The translations under genes and the position numbers were made by a program. Below, piece by piece: positions 26,130 to 37,460 of a DNA stretch of 64,000 nt (position 1 is its first letter; each line of letters starts with the position of its first letter). Source of the stretch: Candidatus Poribacteria bacterium (GTDB lineage: Bacteria; Poribacteria; WGA-4E; WGA-3G). The stretch covers positions 9,298 through 73,297 of the forward strand of contig JAJEJA010000015.1 in assembly GCA_022828145.1 (NCBI GenBank). Direction: 5' to 3'. The notes beneath the pieces were generated by a model that had not been told where the DNA came from, did no database searches, and was given only the letters and a program-made list of their open reading frames with translations.

Positions 26130-28430
26130 ATGTCAGAATATAGTGTTGTCGGTCAAAAATTACCGCGCGTTGATGCGGTTGAAAAGGTTACAGGTGCAGC
26201 ACAATACGGTGCCGATGTCCATCCGCCAGGGATGCTCTACGGCAAAATCGTCCGAAGCAAACATCCACACGCGAACATCCTTAGCATTGACACAAGCGAA
26301 GCAGAAAAACTGCCCGGTGTCAGAGCGATAATTACGCAAGACGATGTTCCCAGCGGACGCCGAGTCTTTGCAACGCATAAAGTGCTATATTTAGGTGAAC
26401 CCCTCGCCGCCATCGCTGCGACCGACCCGGATATAGCCGAAGAAGCTGCTGAACTGATCAAGATTGAATATGAAATCTTACCGAGCGTGCAAGACGTTAC
26501 GGAATCGATTAAGTCTTCCGCGCCACGTCTACACGGTGATGAAACAAAGGACGGTCCAAATCGTCGCTCTATCAATGCCAAGATCAAAGAACTATCAAGT
26601 GATCAAGAGAATAACAGTGCTGAAATCCGAAAACTTGAGGTAGAATTAGAGAAATATACTGATGAAGTCTATTATAATATCTCCGCAGAGACGCACACCG
26701 AAGCGGGAGATGTAGAAAAAGGATTTGAAGAATGTGATGTCGTCGTTGAAGACACCTACGTAATTCCGCGTGTCCACCAGACCTATATGGAACCGCATGT
26801 ATCCGTTGCAAGTGCAGACTCCTCTGGTAAGATTACCGTCTGGGCATCTACGCAAGGTCCGTTCGCTATCCGTTCAGGTATTGCTGGCACACTTGGCATT
26901 CCGCTAACACAAATTAATGTCATCGGCACAACGATGGGTGGTGGTTTTGGCGGTCGCTTTGGTGTGATTATCACACACGTTCCCGCAGTCTTGCTATCTC
27001 AGAAATCCGGAAGACCTGTCCGTGTGCAAATGACCCGTGAAGAGGAATTTCTTGATGGTAGACCCGCACCCGGATGTGTTATCAAACTGAAAACCGGTGC
27101 TACAAAAGAAGGACATATCCTTGCCCGACAGGCACTTGCATTTTGGGATTCCGGTTCTGTGTCAGGTGCATCCATAGGAAGCACGATTCGCGTTCGTGGT
27201 GTCTACAAGATTCCAAATATCAAAGTAGACGCTTACGGCGTACATACGAACAAATCTGGCACTGCTGCCTATAGGGCACCCGGTGCACCACAAGCAATTT
27301 TCGCTGGTGAATCACAACTTGATGAGATCGCTGAACGTATCGGAATGGATCCAGTAGAATTCCGACTGATGAATATGCGTGAAGAAGGAGACTCTGTCCC
27401 TGCAGGTGGAACCGAACCGAAAGTCGGATACAAAGAAACTTTGGAAGCAGTCGCTAACGCTGCAGGATGGTGGGAGCGTGAAGCAGATGAAAACCAAGGT
27501 TGGGGTGTCGCTGTTGGTGATTGGACCAACGGTTGTGGTCCAGGTGGCGTCTATGTCTCTGTCCACGAAGATGGAAGCGTGCGAATTTTCCACGGATCAA
27601 TGGACATCACGGGAACGGATACAGCCATCACACAAATTATTGCAGAAATCTTGACCGTCCCATATCAAAGCGTAACAATTCGGCGCGGAGACACAGATTC
27701 AGCACCCTATTCAACAGGTTCTGGTGGAAGTGTCGTTACATTCACGATGGGTAACACCGCAAAACTCGCTGCCGAAGACGCGCATAGGCGGATTCTTGAA
27801 CTCGCAGCGGAAAGACTCAACACTGACCAGGATAACCTTGAACTGAAAGATGGTGCTGTTCATGTTGTCACAGCAGATCCCCCGAAGTCAATCTCTTTAG
27901 GTGAACTGGCAGCATATAGCCTTTCAACAACAGGGGGTCCCATCGTTGGGAAAGGTTCTTTTGCACGGCAACCGAGTACACCTGCACTCGCAGCACAGAT
28001 AGCAAAAGTAGAAGTAGACCCCGATACCGGTAGGACAAGGGTGTTAAAACTCGTTGCTTCTCAGGATGTCGGATTCGCTATCAATCCGATGGCAGTTGAA
28101 GGACAAATTGAAGGCGGGGTAGTGCAAGGGTACGCATGGGCAATGATGGAAGAGATGCAATACAACGAGAACGGAAACGTCAATCCAGGATTCGTTGATT
28201 ACCGTGTTCCAACCTCTGCAGACCTGCCGACAGTGGAATCGGTTATTGTTGAAGTGCCAGCACCGAATGGTCCCTACGGTGCCAAAGGTGTTGGAGAACC
28301 CCCTATCACGCCGACATTGGCAACAATGGCAAACGCTGTCAAAGATGCCATCGGTATCCGTGTTAGCGAACTGCCGATTAAACCTGAAAAGGTCGTTGAA
28401 GCCTTGAAAAACAACGGACATGGTGCGTAA
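26130..28430 (+). CDS. Xanthine dehydrogenase family molybdopterin-binding subunit (CoxL-like)
   Basis: MGGGFGG, AYRAPG, AINPMAVEGQIEGG, GAKGVGEP. Confidence 0.93.
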   Translation: MSEYSVVGQKLPRVDAVEKVTGAAQYGADVHPPGMLYGKIVRSKHPHANILSIDTSEAEKLPGVRAIITQDDVPSGRRVFATHKVLYLGEPLAAIAATDPDIAEEAAELIKIEYEILPSVQDVTESIKSSAPRLHGDETKDGPNRRSINAKIKELSSDQENNSAEIRKLEVELEKYTDEVYYNISAETHTEAGDVEKGFEECDVVVEDTYVIPRVHQTYMEPHVSVASADSSGKITVWASTQGPFAIRSGIAGTLGIPLTQINVIGTTMGGGFGGRFGVIITHVPAVLLSQKSGRPVRVQMTREEEFLDGRPAPGCVIKLKTGATKEGHILARQALAFWDSGSVSGASIGSTIRVRGVYKIPNIKVDAYGVHTNKSGTAAYRAPGAPQAIFAGESQLDEIAERIGMDPVEFRLMNMREEGDSVPAGGTEPKVGYKETLEAVANAAGWWEREADENQGWGVAVGDWTNGCGPGGVYVSVHEDGSVRIFHGSMDITGTDTAITQIIAEILTVPYQSVTIRRGDTDSAPYSTGSGGSVVTFTMGNTAKLAAEDAHRRILELAAERLNTDQDNLELKDGAVHVVTADPPKSISLGELAAYSLSTTGGPIVGKGSFARQPSTPALAAQIAKVEVDPDTGRTRVLKLVASQDVGFAINPMAVEGQIEGGVVQGYAWAMMEEMQYNENGNVNPGFVDYRVPTSADLPTVESVIVEVPAPNGPYGAKGVGEPPITPTLATMANAVKDAIGIRVSELPIKPEKVVEALKNNGHGA

Positions 28431-28454
28431 TTTCTTTCAGAACTTACGCACTCC

Positions 28455-28490
28455 CCTGGTAGGTGCGGTTTCCTAACCGCACCTACCAGG
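28455..28490. repeat. REP-like perfect hairpin
   Basis: cctggtaggtgcggtt-tcct-aaccgcacctaccagg. Confidence 0.7.
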
Positions 28491-28513
28491 TTGGGCTTAT
28501 TGAGGAGATCAAA

Positions 28514-28777
28514 ATGAAAGAAAAACCTGAACCCCAAACCGATCCTGTCCTTGAAGAAATCTATCGAATGAAAGAAGAATTTAATGCCCAATTCAATTCA
28601 TTGGAAGAACTCAATGCTTATCTGAAAGAAATCAATGCACAGGAAAAAGCACGTGGCAGGAAATATATCCCCGCACCACCACCGCCCCCTGACTTTGAAG
28701 AAAGAATAGAAAAAGCTTATAAAGAACTTGGAATCGTAAGGAAATCTGAAAATAAAGTTTCTGATGAGCAGTTGTAA
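28514..28777 (+). CDS. Small helical hypothetical protein (DPVLEEIYRMKEEF type; antitoxin-like)
   Basis: GAGGAG SD before ATG 28514; related in pattern to 34876-35058. Confidence 0.65.
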   Translation: MKEKPEPQTDPVLEEIYRMKEEFNAQFNSLEELNAYLKEINAQEKARGRKYIPAPPPPPDFEERIEKAYKELGIVRKSENKVSDEQL

Positions 28778-28832
28778 ATCTGCCTCTTACACATTATATA
28801 TAGATCATCCATATTAGGAAAACAAGGAACTT

Positions 28833-29549
28833 ATGTTTGGTGAAATTAGAAACGAACACGGCGAACACCTTGACTACACATATCACAAAGGTAAAGACAA
28901 CAGGATCGTAGTAATAGGACACGGTGTTACTGGCAATAAAGATAGACCTGCTCTCATCGCTTTAGCAGAAGGACTCGCGGATGCTGGTATCTCTGCTTTA
29001 CGTTTCTCATTCTCCGGTAACGGTGAATCAGAAGGTAAATTCACAGACTCCACTATCACAAAGGAGGTGGCAGACCTCGGCAGTGTCCTCGATGTTCTCA
29101 ACGACTACAAAGTCTGCTACGTTGGACATAGTATGGGTGGGGCAGTCGGTGTGCTACGTGCCGCTACCGATGAACGCATTCAAGTCCTCGTCTCTTTAGC
29201 AGGGATGGTACATACAAAAGAGTTTGCTAAACGAGAATTCGGAGATGTGACACCCGATAAAGGCTTTATGTGGGATGAACCCGATTGTCCACTCTCAAAA
29301 GCCTATATGGACGACATGGCAACGATTGATAGTGTTGCAAAAAAAGCAAGTAAATTCGCTGTTCCGTGGTTATTAGTTCACGGTACAGAAGACGATATCG
29401 TTCCGCTTCAGGATAGCATTGATATTCTTAATTACGCAAACGAACCGACAGAACTTCTTGAACTTCCCGGTGTAGACCACGTTTTTTCTGGTGATTCATC
29501 CACTATTATGGTAGAAAAAGTTGTCACGTGGATTAGCAAAAAGTTATGA
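28833..29549 (+). CDS. Alpha/beta fold hydrolase
   Basis: GHSMGG nucleophile elbow, HGTEDDIV, DHVF. Confidence 0.9.
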   Translation: MFGEIRNEHGEHLDYTYHKGKDNRIVVIGHGVTGNKDRPALIALAEGLADAGISALRFSFSGNGESEGKFTDSTITKEVADLGSVLDVLNDYKVCYVGHSMGGAVGVLRAATDERIQVLVSLAGMVHTKEFAKREFGDVTPDKGFMWDEPDCPLSKAYMDDMATIDSVAKKASKFAVPWLLVHGTEDDIVPLQDSIDILNYANEPTELLELPGVDHVFSGDSSTIMVEKVVTWISKKL

Positions 29550-29578
29550 GGAATCAGTAATGAATTGGAGGAATTGTG

Positions 29579-29680
29579 ATGCATTGGATGGAGTGGGTTA
29601 TAGTTGGTACGCTTGTAACATTCTTTGTTGGCCTTGGAATAGTAATAGGTACTGCTATTAGACATGCCAAGAAAGGTTAA
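29579..29680 (+). CDS. Small single-pass membrane protein (33 aa)
   Basis: GGAGG SD; MHWMEWVIVGTLVTFFVGLGIVIGTAIRHAKKG. Below the ORF-track size cutoff. Confidence 0.55.
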   Translation: MHWMEWVIVGTLVTFFVGLGIVIGTAIRHAKKG

Positions 29681-29768
29681 CTAAAACACATTATTTAAGA
29701 CTGGCAATGGTGAGACATAAGGCACTTACTGTTTTCTACGGTCTTATTGCGATTTTGGAGAATTTATT

Positions 29769-30593
29769 ATGTCAACACCCCGTATCTCAGTATCAAGTTG
29801 GAGTTTGCATCGGCAACTCGGTAAACCTGGATTTACAGGTCCAGCACACGACATGCAAATCCCTGCTGAAACACATAACAAGGGTCCCATTCCACTCTTA
29901 GACTTACCCAAACACATAGCCGAATTTGGTATAAATACTATGGAGTTGTGCCATTTTCATCTGCCATCAGTTGAGAAAACGTACCTATTAGAATTACGTG
30001 CTGCACTCCAAGATGCAGACGTTGAACTATTCTCTTTGCTAATTGACGAAGGTGATATTACGCATCCATCTAATGCAGAACGTGACATTGCTTGGATAGA
30101 AAAATGGATTGACATCGCTGGGGAACTCGGTGCAAAGTGTGCACGCGTGATCGGTGGCAAAGCAGAACCGACTAAGGAAACATTGACACAAAGTCAAAAC
30201 GTATTATCTAAACTCACAGAACGTGCTGATACGGCAGGTATCCGCTTGATGACTGAAAACTGGTTCTCTATCTTTTCTACACCAGAAAATGTGATGACTA
30301 TTTTAGACCAATTAGATGGTAAAGTTGGACTCTGTTTAGATTTTGGGAACTGGCGGGGTGAAACAAAGTATACGAACCTTGCTGAAATCGCCCCTTTAGC
30401 AGAATCGTGTCATACGAAAGCACATTTCACGGCACCGCGCGAAATAGACAAAGAAGATTATATCCAATGCCTTGAACTCACAAAGAATGCCGGTTTCTCG
30501 GGCCCACACACCCTCATCTACGACGGACCTGGTGATGATGAATGGGAAGGTCTGGCAATTGAACGCGAGGTAGTGAACCCATACCTTGACTAA
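29769..30593 (+). CDS. Sugar phosphate isomerase/epimerase (xylose-isomerase-like TIM barrel)
   Basis: LMTENW, LCLDFGNW and CHTK pattern. Confidence 0.8.
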   Translation: MSTPRISVSSWSLHRQLGKPGFTGPAHDMQIPAETHNKGPIPLLDLPKHIAEFGINTMELCHFHLPSVEKTYLLELRAALQDADVELFSLLIDEGDITHPSNAERDIAWIEKWIDIAGELGAKCARVIGGKAEPTKETLTQSQNVLSKLTERADTAGIRLMTENWFSIFSTPENVMTILDQLDGKVGLCLDFGNWRGETKYTNLAEIAPLAESCHTKAHFTAPREIDKEDYIQCLELTKNAGFSGPHTLIYDGPGDDEWEGLAIEREVVNPYLD

Positions 30594-30616
30594 ATTGGAG
30601 GATTTGCGGAAAAAAT

Positions 30617-31459
30617 ATGTTCTCACTGACAAAAACACGACACAGTCTAACAATCGCCTGGCATGACCAACAGGTATTAGGATACCACTTTCCTGAAGAT
30701 GGCAACCGTCCCTTTTGTCATCCACTGAACCTACCCGGCGCACCCCCTCTCACCATGAACGAACCCGGAGATCACGTCCATCATCAAGGTTTATGGGTCG
30801 CGTGGAAAATGGTAAACGATGTTAATTTCTGGGAACAACCCGCACCAAGTGCTGACCCGAGAGGTTTCGGTAAAATCGTTCATCAACGCATTGTTTCGCT
30901 AAACACCGCTCCCGACAGTGCAAGTATATTAACAGAAAACGCATGGATAGATTGGCAAGGTAGAACACACCTCAATGAGACAAGAAGAATAACCGTTCAT
31001 TCTCCATCTGACAATAGTATGCAAATGGCTGTAGGTTTGACACTTCGTGCGACCGAACGTGATGTAGTGCTTGATCTCCGTCGCGGTGATCCTGGTGGGA
31101 TGGGTAGATACTACAGCGGTATGGCAATCCGATTTGACAATAGCATCACACCCGGTAAACTCTTAGATGCTGATGGACGCACCGAACCGATGGACATCTT
31201 CGGTAAACAGAGCAAATGGTGCAGTTTCACATCGCAACATCCCGCTGACAATGAAACCTACGGTATTGCTATCATAGACCACCCCGACAATCCCCGTCAT
31301 CCGACACCGTGGTGGGTCCGCAACCGGGAAAACTACTGCTTAATCCATCCCTCACCTGTCTATCATGAACCGTTTCGGCTTGCTCCTGATGAGTCTTTGA
31401 CGTTGCGGTATCGCGTTGTTCTTTACCGTGGGCAACCTGATTCAGCATTGTTTGAGTAA
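30617..31459 (+). CDS. DUF6807 / 'PmoA-family' beta-sandwich protein (not methane monooxygenase)
   Basis: RPFCHPL, DHVHHQGLW, NFW and DHPDNPRHPTPWWVR motifs; soluble. Confidence 0.7.
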   Translation: MFSLTKTRHSLTIAWHDQQVLGYHFPEDGNRPFCHPLNLPGAPPLTMNEPGDHVHHQGLWVAWKMVNDVNFWEQPAPSADPRGFGKIVHQRIVSLNTAPDSASILTENAWIDWQGRTHLNETRRITVHSPSDNSMQMAVGLTLRATERDVVLDLRRGDPGGMGRYYSGMAIRFDNSITPGKLLDADGRTEPMDIFGKQSKWCSFTSQHPADNETYGIAIIDHPDNPRHPTPWWVRNRENYCLIHPSPVYHEPFRLAPDESLTLRYRVVLYRGQPDSALFE

Positions 31460-31493
31460 ATGCCTACTTGTGAAATCCCCGGTGTAAATAGTC

Positions 31494-34400
31494 ATGGCAA
31501 ACAGCGAAAATACAATTACCAGCGCCTTTGTAAACGTGCTACGTCCGATGAGAGATGCATGGCGTGTTAACGAACAAATTACAAGACCTTTCCTAAATGC
31601 GACAACGAAACCTGATGTAATTGTCACCGAAACAGGACGAAACCCAATCGTCATTGAAGTGAAAATTGACGGTAACACTCCAAATCTTACCGGAATGACA
31701 CAGGCAACAGCACATTTTGGAATGATGCTTGATCCCAACGTTTTCTCCGGTCTTACCTATGATACCGTTGAGAATGTCCTACGAGTCCGCATGCCTGTCC
31801 GATTCAAAACGATGCCACAAGGAAACATTGACGCAGAAATGCGAACTGCTGAAGATATTGCTTACATGCTTATCAACAGACCAAAACCTGAAAACGAAGC
31901 AGAACCTGATTCAGATCTATTCATCTATGAAGCGAAAGAAACAGAACAGGATAACGAAGCAGAACCTGAACGTTTTCCAAAAAAAGGATGGTTAAAAGGT
32001 AGTGTAGCCGACATCGCAACCGCTATTCGTGTTGGAGCAACCCCTATCTCTAAAATTAATGCCGCAGCGAATCTGTTAGAAGCACGGATAGAGATTGCCG
32101 CGCAGCAGCTTGAGGAAGCAATTTCAGAACGCCCTGGTATCGGCGAAGAAATTGAGGGGATTCTCTTTCAAAAATCTGGTGAACAAACTTCTCGGATGGC
32201 AATGCTAATTATTACCAACGCCTTTGTGTTTCAGAGCGCACTTGCCGGTAAATCCGAAATGAAAGATGTTCTATCCCTTAAACGGATGCTGTCCAACAAT
32301 GCAAAACGGCTCCGTTATGACCAAGTCCTTGCAGGATGGAACGTTATTCTCAACGTAAACTATCGTCCGATTTTCTATGTTGCGAAACGACTCATTGAAG
32401 CAATCGCAACCGATGACGAACTGGTTGATAGAGTGTTAGGGACGCTTTGTCGTGCAGCAAAGGAATTAGTTGACCAACGACTCACGCAGGTCCACGAACT
32501 CGCTGGCACTGTTTTTCAACGACTTATTGTTGACAGAAAGTATGTTAAAGCAAACTATACGCGCCTTGAATCCGTTTCCTTATTGTCTGCTCTGGTACTG
32601 CCGAAGACACAAGAGAACGTAAGCGAATTGAAGGTCGCTGATTTTGCTTGTGGGACAGGTTCACTGCTCAACGGTACATACCAACGCATCCTTGAACTTC
32701 ACGAACAAGCTGGCGGAAAAGGCAGCCGCATTCACACAAAGATGGTAGAGAATAATCTTGTTGGATGTGATATTATGCCAAATGCAAGCCACTTAACCGC
32801 TTCTCTCTTGACAAGTACCTACCCTGACCTGAAAATCGGTAACACCCGAATCTATACAATGCCTTACGGAAGACAAATAGATGGAATTTACGCCCTCGGT
32901 GCACTCGATCTATTTGATGAACCTGAAGCAACGATACCCCTTCCAATGATGGGTACTGAGATTCAACAAATCGGTGGAGAAGACGACATGACTGTGGTAA
33001 CAGAACACGAGTTTCAACATAATGAATTTGATATTGTTGTCCTAAATCCTCCGTTTACCAGACCCGACTCCGATCCGAACACCAGTATACCGAAAGCCGT
33101 ATTCAAAGGAAGTAACAGAACCAAAGAAGATGAACAGAATATGCGAAAAGCACGCAAGCGAAAAAAGTGGCGAGTCGGTAACGGCAATGCTGGACTCCCT
33201 TCTGACTTTGTTGATCTTGCAGACAAGATGTTGAAAGAAAATGAGAAAAGCAAAATGGGATTCATCTTGCCTGTGACTTGTCTTATGTCTCCACACTGGC
33301 AGAAAGTGCGTGATATGTGGGCGACCGAATATCACGACGTGGTTGTTCTTACCATCGCGGATGCAGAGGGTGAAAATTGCGCGTTTTCCGCAGATACTAC
33401 CATGGCAGAATGCATGGTAATAGCAACAAAGGGTAAGAAAGTTAACAATACAGGACGCGGTACGTTTATGTCCTTGAATCGTCGTCCTCAAAGCGTGTTA
33501 GAAGCAATTGTAGTAGCAAATTCTATCCAAATGCATGATAGTGTTCGTCGGTTAGAAGATGAACCGAGTGGGGGTGATATGCTTAAAGTTGGTGATGATT
33601 TAATCGGACATGTACTCAATTGTCCGTTAAAGACCGACAGCGCGTGGCAGGCCGTTCGAATTAAGGAGATGGCGTTAATCCAATCCGCACACCGTTTGTC
33701 GCTTGGGGAAATGTGGTTACCTACACAAGCTAAACCCTTAAAAATTCAAATGTGTAGTGTAGGTGATATTGCAGGAGTAAGCGCGCATCATCGGGACATT
33801 CATGAAAAAGGACCGCGGGGTGCGTTTGATGTAGAAAAAAGTTACACTGATACTGACTTATATCCAGGATTGTGGCACCTTAATGCCCCAGCACAACGGG
33901 CAATGTTGGTAAAACCAGATTGTCATCTTACACCTCGTCCCAACCGTCACGAAAAAGCGCGAGCTATCCTCGTGTGTAATGGACGTGTTCATTTTAATGT
34001 TATCATGGGTTTTAATGCCAATTCTCTCGGAGTTCTTTTTACGGAAAAACCTACACTCGGTATAAGTTCCTTACCCAACGTTGTTTTTGAAAAACCGATT
34101 TACGATTATGTTTGGACACTCTGGGGTAATTCAACTTTAGGACTATTACTACATTAGGCTCACAGCAGTAAACAACAACCAGGTAGAGGAGCAAGTTCAA
34201 GAACCTTCTTACTCCAAATGCCTACGCTTGATGTGCGGTGTCTATCAGATAAAGCATTGGCAAATGCTGAACGTATTTTCCACGACTTGAAACATCAGCG
34301 TATGTTCCCTTTCAATGAGTCAGATCATGACCCAGTCCGTCACGAACTTGACCTTCGTTTGCTCAACGAAGTGCTGGACATCACAAGTGAAGATGCACAT

Positions 34401-34505
34401 AATGCTGTTCATCGCCTCCGCGAACTGTTATGTGCCGAACCGAGTATCCACGGAGGGAAAAAATCTAAATGTAATCTTGAAAAGGAATGGGAGAAATTGA
34501 AGTAG
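31494..34505 (+). pseudogene. Type IIG-like restriction-modification fusion (nuclease + N6-adenine MTase + TRD) interrupted by one in-frame TAG
   Basis: PD...IEVK nuclease motif, DFACGTG, NPPF. TAG at 34155-34157, after which the frame continues through ORF 34218-34505 (1003 codons plus the terminal stop). Confidence 0.75.
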
Positions 34506-34588
34506 TGAAAACCTCTGATAAATCTAAAAACAACGCAATTAATCGTTTTGGACATAAATTAAATTGATTTTTTTTTGTAGGATTATCA

Positions 34589-34805
34589 GGATAAGGGGCT
34601 TCTCATGAAGGGTGCCTTATCCTGGTGGTTGTCTGAACCAGGATTATAGGATTTTCGGGATTTTACCAGGATAAGATGTATCTTCTCGTATTTTCTTTTT
34701 CTGAAAATGAGAAACATTGTGTGTTTCATTCTTTTGTCTTATCCTGGTGAAATCTTGGTAATCCTGAAAATCCAGGTTCAGACAAGTAACCAGAGCTTTA
34801 CACCC
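34589..34805. repeat. ~215-bp dispersed repeat, copy 1 (TTGTCTGAACCAGGAT inverted ends)
   Basis: Near-identical direct copy at 35286-35503; internal ttgtctgaaccaggat ... ggttcagacaa. Confidence 0.85.
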
Positions 34806-34875
34806 CCATTATAAGGCAGCCCAAAACGTTTGCACCAAAGCGTCTTTTATGTTATCATTTACTGGAGGAACTCTC

Positions 34876-35058
34876 ATGAATGATAAAATTTTGAACGAAT
34901 GCCAACAAGCGAAGGAGCGGATTGCAGCTCTGTTTGGGGATGTGGACACCCTTATGGATTTTTTGATGAAACGTCGGGAACAACATCTGAAACAGGATAA
35001 AAAGTACATAGATTTCTCACCCTATCGGAAAAAGAAACAAAGCAACCGCAAATCTTAA
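34876..35058 (+). CDS. Small helical hypothetical protein (60 aa)
   Basis: GGAGG SD; MNDKILNECQQAKERIAALFGDVDTLMDFLMKRREQH, similar in pattern to 28514-28777. Confidence 0.6.
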   Translation: MNDKILNECQQAKERIAALFGDVDTLMDFLMKRREQHLKQDKKYIDFSPYRKKKQSNRKS

Positions 35059-35285
35059 CTCTGCTTAGGGGAGTGCTTTGTAAGCAAGATTTCTTTCCAA
35101 AGGTATATCATGTTGGGGAATTAAATACCCACGTTCTATACACCTTTCGCACCGCTGGTGCTTGTTTCTGGGAAATGCATGATTCATTCTCATAAGTCTA
35201 TAGTATTCTCCTTTGTCTGAACCAGGATTAACAGGATTATAGGATTTTCAAATCAACGGTATGAATGCCATTTAGGCATTCCCCG

Positions 35286-35503
35286 GGATAAGAGGCATCT
35301 CAGGAAGGGTGTTCTATCCTGGTGGTTGTCTGAACCAGGATTATAGGATTTTCGGGATTCTACCAGGATAAGATGTATCTTCTCGTATTTTCTTTTTCTG
35401 AAAATGAGAAACATTGTGTGTTTCATTTCTTTGTCTTATCCTGGTGAAATCCTGAAAATCCTGGTCAATCCTGGTTCAGACAAGTAAACAAAACTTTACA
35501 CCC
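35286..35503. repeat. ~215-bp dispersed repeat, copy 2
   Basis: Direct copy of 34589-34805; an extra left end at ~35213. Confidence 0.85.
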
Positions 35504-35615
35504 AACCTATCTTTTTCCTTTACATCTTGCGGAAAATTGAATATACTTTTAAGAGTACACCAAAATGTCCTCTATCCAACAATGAGAAATAAATATCTTC
35601 AATAGGAGGTCCACA

Positions 35616-37460
35616 ATGCAAACGCCAACTTCTTTCCCTGAAGAAACCGGTATGGGTTCCATAAGTGTTGACCCAATACCATTACCAGAAATAGATGAAA
35701 CTCAACTTATCTACCATCAACTCTGTCCCGCTGAGGATTTTGAGGAACTGGAAGGTAAACCCTTCCACGTCAAAGGCACGCATCTGGCTGTCTTCAAAAA
35801 CAATGGTGGCTTTTACGCCGTAGACAACCGTTGTCCACACATGGGATACCCCATGTCTAAAGGAAGTATCCGAGACGGTGTGCTGATCTGTCATTGGCAT
35901 CACTGGGAATTCGATCTAAAATCCGGCGCATGCTTCTTAGCATCCGGTGATGACCTTAAAGCATTCCCTGTTGAAGTCCGAGATGATGGCTATTTATACG
36001 TCGGATTAGCAAAAGGTGAACGTGAGGCAGCAAAGAAACGTGTTATTGCAAATGGCAAACGTGCACTTGAACGCGGACTCAAAGACCGCAGCACGTTCTT
36101 CATCGCTAAAGCCGTCACTGCACTGCGTGACGCAGGGGCACCACCTGCAGAGATTATCCATCAAGGACTACATTACGGGGCACACAAAAGCAGTGACGGA
36201 TGGTCGTCAGGTGTAGCAATACTTACACTCGCAGCGAATCTCTGGGATGATATCCATCCAGATGACCATAACCTGTTTCTCGTACACGGATTAAGTCAAA
36301 TCAGTCGCAGAACTTCCGGCAGTGCCAGACCATACCGATCCCCGTTCCCACGCGTTAAAGATGACCATGACCTTGATACACTAAAGAGATGGTTCCGTTA
36401 TTTCGTTAATAAACGACATCGTGGTGCAGCTGAACGTATCCTGCTAACGCTAAATGACCGAGATTACGATAAATCTGTCATCGCTGACTTCATCTACACG
36501 GCAGCAACAGACTTTTACTTCACTGGAGATGGACACGCACTCGATTTCGCGAACAAGATGTTTGAAGCATTAGAATATGTCAACTGGGAAGGATCACACG
36601 AGATTTTAAGACCCATCGTCGTTGACCTTGTCAATAGAACACGACATGAGGAGACATCACGATGGGCAGACGCTGTGCCTGTTCTACGACCTATCCTACG
36701 AAGAATTGATAGTATCTGGGAGGACAATCAAGCGAACAGTGCTGAGCTTGATATATCAGAATTTACGCAACTCCTACTCGCTGATGAATTTGAACCTACA
36801 GTAGAGATAGTTGAAGAACAACTTCGCAAAGGCGTTGAACCAACCGACATCTGTCGTGCGATGACGTATGCCTCCGCGATCCGCACTGCACGGTTCCATC
36901 TGAAAAACGAAGGTGACTGGCACGACGTCGCGAACATCTACTCGTATTCACACGCGTTGTATAAAGCGTTTCAATATTCACCGAGTGCTAACCTATTACG
37001 GGGTATATTTCACGGTGTTGTCTACTTGGCATATCTGAGGTGGTTGAACATGCCAGCTGCACGTATTCCAAAACCGGGTCAACGTATACCTGATGAAACC
37101 TACGCCTCTGTTGATAAAATGTTAGAGAGACTCCAAGAATTTGCTGACTTCCAGAAGGTCTACGAAGCAGAGATTCTCGTCAATCAATATCTTGAAGAAG
37201 GACATGACGTTGATGCACTGAAGCGGACACTTGCTCATATCCTACTACGTGAAGACGCAGAACTTCACATGTTCCAGGTGCTTGAAGTCGCCTTCCGACA
37301 TTACGACCTGTCAGATGATTTTGAGGAACAACGGATGCATCTATTGGCAGCCACACGTTACATTACGGCACAGAAACTGATGAAGAACATCTTATGGTCA
37401 ACTGAGAACGCTGAACGTCTGGCACGAGGTGAATTGCTGAGTGAACGCGACGATGATTGA
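35616..37460 (+). CDS. Rieske [2Fe-2S] domain protein with large helical C-terminal region
   Basis: NRCPHMG ... ICHWHHWEFDL; AGGAGG SD. Confidence 0.85.
   Translation: MQTPTSFPEETGMGSISVDPIPLPEIDETQLIYHQLCPAEDFEELEGKPFHVKGTHLAVFKNNGGFYAVDNRCPHMGYPMSKGSIRDGVLICHWHHWEFDLKSGACFLASGDDLKAFPVEVRDDGYLYVGLAKGEREAAKKRVIANGKRALERGLKDRSTFFIAKAVTALRDAGAPPAEIIHQGLHYGAHKSSDGWSSGVAILTLAANLWDDIHPDDHNLFLVHGLSQISRRTSGSARPYRSPFPRVKDDHDLDTLKRWFRYFVNKRHRGAAERILLTLNDRDYDKSVIADFIYTAATDFYFTGDGHALDFANKMFEALEYVNWEGSHEILRPIVVDLVNRTRHEETSRWADAVPVLRPILRRIDSIWEDNQANSAELDISEFTQLLLADEFEPTVEIVEEQLRKGVEPTDICRAMTYASAIRTARFHLKNEGDWHDVANIYSYSHALYKAFQYSPSANLLRGIFHGVVYLAYLRWLNMPAARIPKPGQRIPDETYASVDKMLERLQEFADFQKVYEAEILVNQYLEEGHDVDALKRTLAHILLREDAELHMFQVLEVAFRHYDLSDDFEEQRMHLLAATRYITAQKLMKNILWSTENAERLARGELLSERDDD

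Noticed and set aside
26130-28430. Aerobic CO dehydrogenase CoxL
   Set aside because: The active-site loop is AYRAPG, not AYxCSFR (form I) or AYRGAGR (form II).
30617-31459. Particulate methane monooxygenase subunit
   Set aside because: The protein is soluble with no pmoB/pmoC nearby; the family name is misleading.
34155-34157. Pyrrolysine or amber recoding
   Set aside because: TAG is an ordinary stop for other genes here (e.g. 16646, 19373, 25600), and the context suggests a mutated Trp codon.
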